The notes under the pieces: model-generated
Database searches by the model: none
What the model saw: the letters and a program-made list of their open reading frames with translations, nothing else
What the model was told of the DNA's origin: nothing
Shown: positions 56,967-64,000 of the stretch, in pieces
Position numbering within the stretch: position 1 is the first letter of the stretch
How the letters are laid out: each line of letters starts with the position of its first letter
DNA from: Candidatus Undinarchaeota archaeon
GTDB lineage: Archaea; SpSt-1190; JASMDC01
Length of the DNA: 64,000 nucleotides
Assembly: GCA_964519305.1 (NCBI GenBank)
Contig: CAZFHY010000012.1
Span: forward strand, 67,446 to 131,445
Reading direction: 5' to 3'
Made by a program: the position numbers and the translations under genes

Positions 56967-58460
56967 CTATCGCCGGAACAGAGGTTCGTCCTGGACGTAG
57001 CCTTTGCCAGCAGCTATGGCCTCTTCGGCCCTCGCGAGCTCGGCACCAAGATATGCCGCGTGGTCAAGACCACGCACAAGGCCTCGTTCTAGCACTTCTG
57101 ACCATACCTGTCTGGCCGACGTCCCCTCCACGAGGCATATATCCTCGCCATCACGCTGGACCAGGCACTGTATGCTATCATCGGTCGTGACCGAGATCGA
57201 AAGTACCACCCCCTCCTCAAGGTCCAGGGGCCTGTTCGATGGCCTTTCCGGTGTCAGGTCCGAACCGACAGGGTCACGTACACGTACCTTGTCCTTGAAT
57301 CCCAGGAGCGAGATCCCCAGGTCCTTAGGATAGGTCCCCAGGCCACCGGCGATGACCATCATGTCCCGGGCCGCCCTGCACTCACGCACCGTGCCCCTGG
57401 TCTTGTGCGAGGCCTCGACCGTTAGGAGCACTGCAGCGCCCAGCTCGTGAGCCAGAGCGCAGAGCATGGCGTTCGCGCCGGGAGAGTCCGCGTCCATCAG
57501 TTCGACCGCGTTCCCCACACCCATGAGCACGGGCAGGTCGGATGTCCGAGAGAGGTTAGCATAAGCTGTGAGCGCACTCACCAGGCCGAAACCCGGAGGA
57601 TCGAGCACGGGATCGAGAACGATGCGAGTGAAACCGCGTGCGCGGGCCTTGTCGACCATGGACATGATCCCTTGGACCTTATCCCCGGGGCCGGGAACTA
57701 CTACATACACGGCATCCTTGGGTTTAACAGCGTCGATGTTATCAGGGTGGAGCGATAGTACCATATGGGCGCCAGCGTCAACGGCGGCATTGATGATATC
57801 GGGATTGAGCGTGTCCACGCTCACGGGAGCACCCAGGGGGAGCACTGCTTCCACGAGCTCGGCCGCCCGGGCCGCGGTGGCGTTCACAGTGAAACCCAGG
57901 TCGATTATCTCAGCGCCTTCGTCCAGGAAGCGCTGTGCCCGTGCGACCACCTCGTCCGTCGGGCGTGCATCGCAGTCGTCGATCTCAGCGAGCACCCGGA
58001 CAGGGAGCCCTCGACCGAGCCGCAAACCCCGGACCTCGTGACACGGTCCTTTGATATCGGCCCTCTCAGCCTCCAGAAGGAGCTTCCCGGCCCGTTCCGC
58101 TCGCGAGCGGGACAGGAGTGCGTCCGCCGGTTCATCGGGAGAGAGTGGAAGATCGTCGATGTCCGCGAGCGTCGAGGGAAGGTCGAACGCGTACCTCGGT
58201 CCCCTGACCACACGTAATCCCGTTCCCCGCGCCAATCCGGCCACGTCCCCCCGGATCAATCCTGGGAGAATGACCATGTCCCACTTCCCGCCATCGAGGA
58301 GCGGTGCGACCTCGTCCAGTGTCAGGAGCGCTGCCACGTCCCTCGGGGCGACCCGCACGTCGACGTCCGGGCCATCTGCGGGGGCCGCCACGACCGCTGC
58401 ACGGACCGAGGCCTCGGCACGTCGGGCAGTCACGACGAGCACTCGCTTTCGTCGAGCCAC
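56967..58460 (-). CDS. Dihydropteroate synthase-like protein (methanopterin-related, with DUF4346-like C-terminus)
   Basis: DVAALL, LPGL, GAEIIDLG, VSVDT, GVGNAVELMDADSPGAN and HAAYLGAEL motifs. Confidence 0.88.
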   Translation of the reverse strand: MARRKRVLVVTARRAEASVRAAVVAAPADGPDVDVRVAPRDVAALLTLDEVAPLLDGGKWDMVILPGLIRGDVAGLARGTGLRVVRGPRYAFDLPSTLADIDDLPLSPDEPADALLSRSRAERAGKLLLEAERADIKGPCHEVRGLRLGRGLPVRVLAEIDDCDARPTDEVVARAQRFLDEGAEIIDLGFTVNATAARAAELVEAVLPLGAPVSVDTLNPDIINAAVDAGAHMVLSLHPDNIDAVKPKDAVYVVVPGPGDKVQGIMSMVDKARARGFTRIVLDPVLDPPGFGLVSALTAYANLSRTSDLPVLMGVGNAVELMDADSPGANAMLCALAHELGAAVLLTVEASHKTRGTVRECRAARDMMVIAGGLGTYPKDLGISLLGFKDKVRVRDPVGSDLTPERPSNRPLDLEEGVVLSISVTTDDSIQCLVQRDGEDICLVEGTSARQVWSEVLERGLVRGLDHAAYLGAELARAEEAIAAGKGYVQDEPLFRR

Positions 58461-59066
58461 CTACGTCACATCCCCTGCGAGCGCCCTTATACGACGGGCA
58501 ATGTCCTCACCATCCGGACGTGTCCGCTGCACGATCTCCAGAGCGGTCTCGACTCGCTCGAGCCATGAATCACGATGCTCCGGTGCCGATACCCGGGCCC
58601 TCGTGACGTGGACCAGCGCCTCCATGAGCTGGCCGTCACCCCGCGACAAGGGGTGTGGCGATATCACGGAGACCTCTGCGCGGTCCGGTCTGAGGGTGAG
58701 TGATATGACGTCGGTTTCACCGAGTCCGTCGCTTACCAGCTCCGCATCCTGTCGAGCAACGTGCACGGTTATCGAGGCGAAGCACCCCGCTATCCGCGGA
58801 ACAGGACCTTCCCCTTCTTCGCAGGAGGACCCTTCGAGCGCTGCAAGGAGCACAATAGGATCATTGGTGAGGTGGATGGCCCCTTTCCCGTCCTCGAGCA
58901 GTGCATCGCGCATCCGTCCGGGGAAGAGACGGACATGTAGAGAGCTGGCATGGCGGGAGCAACCCACGGGAACTGCGCGTCCCCTGCAGGACAGCAGGCA
59001 CTCGTGGATGACGCCCTCCTCGAAGTGCGAAAGGGCGCGGTCTAGCTCTTTATCGGTCCTATCCGT
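58461..59066 (-). CDS. DUF447 family protein (pterin-cluster associated); start codon apparently ACG
   Basis: GVIHECLL...AVPVG..., R....LMEALVHVTR motifs. The family-like sequence extends upstream of GTG 58967. Confidence 0.65.
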   Translation of the reverse strand, partial: TDRTDKELDRALSHFEEGVIHECLLSCRGRAVPVGCSRHASSLHVRLFPGRMRDALLEDGKGAIHLTNDPIVLLAALEGSSCEEGEGPVPRIAGCFASITVHVARQDAELVSDGLGETDVISLTLRPDRAEVSVISPHPLSRGDGQLMEALVHVTRARVSAPEHRDSWLERVETALEIVQRTRPDGEDIARRIRALAGDVT

Positions 59067-59313
59067 CGTTACTCACCCCTACACGCACGAGGGAGCCACA
59101 GTACTCGCAGGTGCACACACCATCATCGGTGAGATCGTCCTGTCCGAGCGGAGCGCTGCACTGCGGGCACTGCACGGTCTTCACCTTCATTCGCTTGTCG
59201 CCAATGATGGCCGGCTTGCCAGAGGGTTTGTCGGCTATACGCGGGACCACTAGCCTCTTCTTGGAGAGCTTGCGTATCCGGTCGAGCATCGCCTCCCCGT
59301 CGTCCGTTTCCAC
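59059..59313 (-). CDS. Small zinc-ribbon protein
   Basis: CPQCSAPL...CEYCG motif. Confidence 0.75.
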   Translation of the reverse strand: METDDGEAMLDRIRKLSKKRLVVPRIADKPSGKPAIIGDKRMKVKTVQCPQCSAPLGQDDLTDDGVCTCEYCGSLVRVGVSNDG

Positions 59314-59380
59314 CCGTTCAGTCTCCCCTTCCGGAGGGGTGCGGAACAGTTATAACTCTTACCGGCCCGCCTCCACCCCC

Positions 59381-60373
59381 GTGGAGGAGGGGTTACCCCG
59401 ATCTGTGGAGGTATCATCGCCATCACGGTTGCACCTCTCCCTACTTGACCTCAATGGCGACCTGGGAAGGATCGACGGGGGTCTCGGAGTGGCGCTCAAA
59501 GAACCACGTCTTCACCTCGTAGCTGAACGCGCGCCCAGTCTTTCAGTGACCGGTCCAGGTAGAGAACTGGTCGGTTCCTACGCCCAACGGTTCTCAGCTC
59601 AGCATGGGATCGATGGGGCCAAGCTCACTATCAAAGCTTCCATCCCCCGCCATGTCGGGCTCGGTTCAGGTACTCAGGCCGCACTGGTCGCGGGAAGTGT
59701 CCTGTCGCGCCTCTACGGGATCGAACGTACACCACGACAGGTGGCACATGACCTGGGGAGAGGTGGCACGTCCGGAATAGGTGTTGCTGCGTTCGACAGA
59801 GGTGGGTTCATCGTCGACGGCGGTCACTCGTTCGGTCCGGGACAGGAGAAGGAGAGGTTCCTCCCCTCCAGCGCATCCCGTGCGGCTCCGCCCCCCATCC
59901 TCATGCGCATCGCTTTCCCATCAAGCTGGCGCTTCGTCGTGGTGGTCCCGAACACGGCGCCCGGTATCCACGGCGATATCGAGAGAGCTGCCTTCGCTGA
60001 ACGATGTCCTGTCCCACGCGATGCCGTCGAGTCCCTCTGCCGGCTCGTTCTCATGAAGCTCCTGCCCGCTGTGGTCGAGCGTGATATCTCAGGCTTCGGC
60101 GAAGCGGTCACCTCCCTCAGACATGAGGGATTTGGTCGGGTGGGAGCGGACCTTGCCCCCACTCGTTCGATAGAACTGGTCGAGCATCTCTTGCGAGAAG
60201 GTGCAGCCGGCGCAGGGATATCCTCTTTCGGGCCGGCTGTGTACGCGATCGCCGAAGGAGCGCGAGGGGCGCGCCAGCTCAAAGACTCAGTGATACCCCA
60301 CCTTATGGAAGGGAGCAAGGCGTTCATTTCCCAGGCGGACAACCGGGGCGCACGCATCCATCCGATCTACTAG
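59381..60373 (+). CDS. mptG: Beta-ribofuranosylaminobenzene 5'-phosphate (RFAP) synthase
   Basis: PSRLHLSLLDLNG, PRHVGLGSGTQ, GRGGTSGIG, GGFIVDGGH and GISSFGP motifs. Confidence 0.92.
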   Translation: MEEGLPRSVEVSSPSRLHLSLLDLNGDLGRIDGGLGVALKEPRLHLVAERAPSLSVTGPGRELVGSYAQRFSAQHGIDGAKLTIKASIPRHVGLGSGTQAALVAGSVLSRLYGIERTPRQVAHDLGRGGTSGIGVAAFDRGGFIVDGGHSFGPGQEKERFLPSSASRAAPPPILMRIAFPSSWRFVVVVPNTAPGIHGDIERAAFAERCPVPRDAVESLCRLVLMKLLPAVVERDISGFGEAVTSLRHEGFGRVGADLAPTRSIELVEHLLREGAAGAGISSFGPAVYAIAEGARGARQLKDSVIPHLMEGSKAFISQADNRGARIHPIY

Positions 60374-60382
60374 GTATCGGGA

Positions 60383-60652
60383 TTATCGCGTACCCATGAT
60401 CTCCTTGAGCAACTTCTCGGCCTCTTTGATACGTCCGGAGAGCTCGATACGTTCCTCTGTGAGTCGCTCGATGACACGACGGTTCTCTTCCTTCTGGAGC
60501 GAGAGCCGCTCTATCTCCTGGACGGTATCCTCTCGCTCCTTCTGGAGCGCCCCAAGTTCCTTGTCGATCCGGTTGACGATCTCGTCCTTCCGCTCGATTG
60601 GGAGCCGGGTCTCCTGGAACTCGGAGAGGACCTTGACCTTGAACTTCTCCAT
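60383..60652 (-). CDS. Small coiled-coil protein (divergent paralogue)
   Basis: Heptad pattern; EL.GR..E.EK.L.E shared with the neighbouring genes. Confidence 0.75.
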   Translation of the reverse strand: MEKFKVKVLSEFQETRLPIERKDEIVNRIDKELGALQKEREDTVQEIERLSLQKEENRRVIERLTEERIELSGRIKEAEKLLKEIMGTR

Positions 60653-60657
60653 CGAGT

Positions 60658-60876
60658 CTATTTGATCTTCAGGACGTCGCCGAGCATCTTCTCGATGTCG
60701 ACCAGTCGGCCCTGAAGTTCGCCAACGCTCTGTTCAAGCTCGTGGATGTGGCTCACGTGTCGCTCGTTCTGTGTCGAGAGGTCCTTTATCTTGGAGATGA
60801 GCTCCTTCTTCTGTTCACGAAGCCCTGTCACCTCGTCCCGGACCCTCTCGATGAGGTCCCTCTGCTCCTTCTGCAT
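60658..60876 (-). CDS. Small coiled-coil protein
   Basis: About 70% identical (50/71 by hand count) to 60953..61168. Confidence 0.8.
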   Translation of the reverse strand: MQKEQRDLIERVRDEVTGLREQKKELISKIKDLSTQNERHVSHIHELEQSVGELQGRLVDIEKMLGDVLKIK

Positions 60877-60952
60877 AACAATCACTTGGATGTGCCGATG
60901 TCACTGAGTTTTAAAAATTTATTCTCAGCTGCTGCTCCTTTTCCTGTATCGT

Positions 60953-61168
60953 TCAGATCTTCAAGACTTCGTCGAGCATCTTCTCGACGTCCTGCATGCG
61001 ACCCTGAAGCTCGCCAACGGTCTGCTCAAGCTCGTTGATCTGCTTGAGATGTCTCGCGTTCTGGCCGCTGAGGTCCTTGATCTTACCAAGGAGCTGTAGC
61101 TTCTGGCCGCGGAGGCTGGTAACCTCGTCCCTGACCCGCTCGATAAGGTCCTTCTGTGCTTTTTCCAT
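60953..61168 (-). CDS. Small coiled-coil protein
   Basis: Heptads; GAGGT RBS. Confidence 0.8.
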   Translation of the reverse strand: MEKAQKDLIERVRDEVTSLRGQKLQLLGKIKDLSGQNARHLKQINELEQTVGELQGRMQDVEKMLDEVLKI

Positions 61169-61205
61169 TGTAGTAACCTCTCTTGTCATTTATCAACTGC
61201 TGTTC

Positions 61206-61619
61206 TTACGGAATGCCCTCCAGGCTGAACTCCTTCTCCCAAGGGACCCATCCGGTCGTCTTGATAGGAGGAAGGTCCTTATTGTGGCTTATCATAGCCG
61301 TCTCAAGGAGGGCCTCGAACATGTATGGGATTGGAATGCGTCTGCCGTTGGAGTCATAGGCCTTGAAGTTGAGCCTCTGCTTCTGCTTGTCTGCCAGCAT
61401 GGGCAGCTGGATATCAGGCCCCTCCGTGGATATGTGGATGGCGACGAAGATGACCGTCCCCTTCTCCATGATATCCGTAGTTGTCATCCCCTTGGATTTC
61501 AACAGGTCGAAGAGGTACTTTGAGAAGAACCGTCGCACCTGACCGTCGAAACTCATCCCGGGATCAGTGAAACCAAGTGATACCTCACGTCTGAGGCATT
61601 GGAAGAGATATTCTTGCAT
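61206..61619 (-). CDS. Hypothetical protein
   Basis: ORF heading the coiled-coil cluster, TATA at about 61646. Start uncertain (61619 or 61556). Confidence 0.6.
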   Translation of the reverse strand: MQEYLFQCLRREVSLGFTDPGMSFDGQVRRFFSKYLFDLLKSKGMTTTDIMEKGTVIFVAIHISTEGPDIQLPMLADKQKQRLNFKAYDSNGRRIPIPYMFEALLETAMISHNKDLPPIKTTGWVPWEKEFSLEGIP

Positions 61620-61688
61620 GATGTGTGAACAGGCCCATAATACATTAATAAATAAGCTCGACCTCAAGAGGTAGACTGAGGAGACCGA

Positions 61689-62471
61689 ATGGCCAGCCCA
61701 CGAGAATTGCCAATCATCGGTATAGTCTCCGCGAAGGGAGGAGTCGGTAAGACAACGACCGTCGCAAACATAGGGGCAGCTCTCACTACAGCGTTCAACA
61801 AGCGAGTGCTCGCTGTGGACGGCAACGTGACGACAGCGAACCTTGGTTTCCACCTCGACCTCATATATCCCCCGGTGACACTTCTTGACGTTCTCAAGGG
61901 CAAGACCGATATCAACCAGGCCATCTACACCCACGACTCCGGGCTACAGGTAATCCCCGCAGCCCTCAACCCTCGCGGCCCCACCGAAATTGGTGACCTC
62001 GAAAAACGTCTGGCGAAGGTCGCTCAGCGGTTCGATGTCGTTCTCATCGATTCGGCTCCCGACTTCACCCAGGAGAGCACGATGGTGATGCGTGCTGCCA
62101 CTGAGATCCTCATCGTCACGACCCCCGACGTCCCCTCCGTCACCACTTCGTCGAAGGTCATGGGCTTGGCCCGCAACAATCGGCTGACGGTGCGTGGTGT
62201 CGTTGTCAACCGGGTCACGGGACGTACGTTCGAGATGACCAAGGAAGAGATTGAGAAGGTCATTGGCGCCCCTGTCGTGGCAGAGATCCCAGAGGATCCC
62301 GCCGTCCAAGAGGCCCGTGGTCCTCGACCGACCGCTCTCACCTGCTGCTCTACGGTACAAGAAGCTGGCGGCAAACCTGGTAGGCGAGAGCTTCACCATC
62401 AGTGTATCGCTGAGACTCCGTTCACTAATCGCTCGCATATCCGAATCATTCTTCGGAAGGAACGTACGTAA
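61689..62471 (+). CDS. minD: MinD/ParA-family ATPase; frame broken at about 62313 (last ~50 codons of this ORF are out-of-frame sequence)
   Basis: Deviant Walker A SAKGGVGKTT; VDGN..TANL; LIDSAP; VVVNRV; IPEDPAV. Confidence 0.85.
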   Translation: MASPRELPIIGIVSAKGGVGKTTTVANIGAALTTAFNKRVLAVDGNVTTANLGFHLDLIYPPVTLLDVLKGKTDINQAIYTHDSGLQVIPAALNPRGPTEIGDLEKRLAKVAQRFDVVLIDSAPDFTQESTMVMRAATEILIVTTPDVPSVTTSSKVMGLARNNRLTVRGVVVNRVTGRTFEMTKEEIEKVIGAPVVAEIPEDPAVQEARGPRPTALTCCSTVQEAGGKPGRRELHHQCIAETPFTNRSHIRIILRKERT

Positions 62472-64000
62472 GCGCCCTGATTTCGATGCCATCGCTGAGG
62501 GTCCGCATCAGCTGCTTGAGACCCAATCCGGCGGTACGAAGGCCGAACGGGCCGCAGCCGCGGGAGGCGATCGAAACAAGGCCGCAGCCGCCTATACACA
62601 GCCACAACGAGAGGCTGCCCGGTACGCTACTAGCCAGCGTATACTTTCCCACGAACGTGCAAGCGTCTCAGCGCGTAAGCACGCTGCCTTGAAGCGCCGT
62701 GAAGCTGGCGAGCGGGCCTTTGCTGAAGCTGAGAAGGAACTCGAGGAGGTCCGGGAGCACGTCGAAGCGGCCAAAAAGAGATCATCCAAGAAGGGATGGG
62801 AACCCTCACTAAAAGAGGAACCAGAGCCCACATCGGATGAAGTGAAAGAGCGGGAACGGAAACCGACCCATGATGAACCGGAGGAGAAGGAACGGGAACC
62901 GATCCGTGATGAACCGAAGGAGAAGGAACGGGAACCGATCCATGATGAACCGGAGGAGAAGGGGCCAAAGCCCCGCGTCGATGACGTGGAGGAGCCGGAA
63001 CCCAAGAAGGAGCGAAGGTCCGTCCGTGAAGAGGTCGAGGAATCTTCACTCCCAGAAGAGGAGAGGGCACCAAGACGAGATACTTACGGGGAAACGGAGA
63101 GAGAACATCCGGCGGTCATCAAGCAGAAGGAGGCGGCTAAAGAGATGACCTCCGCCCTTGAGGCTATCCTCGAGGACGCGAAATCCGCTCGCGAGGAGGG
63201 TATCGAACAACTTGACGAAACCCCGGAGCCTCCAAAGAAGAAGAAAAAGAAGACCCCTCCATCTGAAAAAGAAGAGAAGAAAGAGAAGGCAGTACGAAAG
63301 AAGGAGAAGGCAGTACCAAAGAAGGAGAAGGCAGTACCAAAGAAGGGGAAGAAGGAGATCAAGCCTACGGGCGATCCCCACATCGATGAGATCGAGCGTC
63401 TACTCGCCGAGGAGGAGGAAGAGCCCAAGGAAGAGAGCGCTCCTGAGGACATCGAGGACGTGCTTGAAGAAGCGAAGCGCAAACCGGCCGCTCCATCGAG
63501 CGAAGAGGCCCCCGCAGCAGAAGCACCTAAAGATGTCGAAGAGACCGAGAGCGAACCTAAAACAACAGCAGAACCCCCCCCGTCACCAAAGGCGGCCCCA
63601 AAGCCCGCACCCGCAGCTGAAGGGGTCGGAGACATTCTTGCTGACCTTGGTGGGCCTGCACAGCCGAAAGCGGCTCCAGAGCCGGCGGTAGCACCGCCAT
63701 CGAAAGCGGCACCCACTGCTGCGAAACCAGCGCCGAAAGCAGCGCCGGCCGCACCACCTAAATCCGCACCTGTCGCAGCAAAACCAGCTCCTAAGCCAGC
63801 TCCCGCGCCAGGAGGAGTGGACGACATCCTGGGGGACCTAGGAGGACCTGCGCAACCGAAAGCGGCACCCAAACCAGCTGCAGCTCCGGTAAAACCGGCA
63901 CCAAAGCCCGCACCTGCATCAGGAGGAGTGGACGACATCCTGGGGGACCTAGGAGGACCTGCGCAACCGAAAGCGGCACCCAAACCAGCTGCAGCTCCGG
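62314..64000 (+). CDS. Open frame with the true MinD C-terminus plus a >500-aa Glu/Lys/Pro/Ala-rich disordered tail; runs off the window
   Basis: Hand translation PVVLDRPLSPAALRYKKLAANLVGESFTISVSLRLRSLIARISESFFG...; no stop codon through 64000. Confidence 0.8.
62845..64000 (+). repeat. Intragenic repeats: about 3 x 36 nt (KEREPIHDEPEE), about 3 x 21 nt (KKEKAVP) and a 111-nt period repeat (GGVDDILGDLGGPAQPKAAP)
   Basis: 63809-63889 is identical to 63920-64000; other arrays lie at about 62845-62960 and 63277-63345. Confidence 0.85.

Noticed and set aside
58051-59253. 400-aa plus-strand ORF and other long antisense ORFs (for example 37399..38586, 20872..21990, 63084..63983)
   Set aside because: They are shadow frames opposite well-supported genes, with Ser/Arg-rich composition typical of high-GC antisense sequence.

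Overview
High-GC archaeal chromosomal segment, identified by rpo6/rpoK, the nop5-fibrillarin pair, prefoldin alpha, methanopterin-pathway genes, TATA boxes about 25 nt upstream of many starts and GGTGA ribosome-binding sites. I found no rRNA, tRNA, CRISPR array or mobile element. Housekeeping and metabolic genes (citG-like, hutI, corA, Mo-hydroxylase plus 2Fe-2S subunit, RCK/TrkA pair, carbamate kinase, bacterial-type GAPDH, RFAP synthase, DHPS-like) alternate with accessory genes. Main observations: (1) four proteins with three unrelated cargo types at two loci (1.9-4.8 kb and 17-19.3 kb) share an ungapped acidic N-terminal leader, [LVI]DLExxG[YV]Ax6[GA]Yx3DD[LI][SN], followed by a hydrophobic helix; both loci also carry a second uncharacterised family ('domain X'), and shared promoter sequences precede these genes, making this a candidate undescribed protein targeting/export system; (2) a 13.5-kb Cys-rich surface operon that includes a 2160-aa protein combining three peptidoglycan-hydrolase domains (SLT-like, M23, NlpC/P60); (3) an alpha-2-macroglobulin with about 8 TM helices inserted mid-protein; (4) a Sec23/24-like Zn-finger-vWA-beta-sandwich protein; (5) a frameshifted MinD whose true C-terminus runs into a >500-aa disordered repeat tail, divergent from three small coiled-coil paralogues. 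All family assignments come from motif recognition by eye; no database searches were run. Several start codons were reassigned from the ORF track using TATA and RBS positions.
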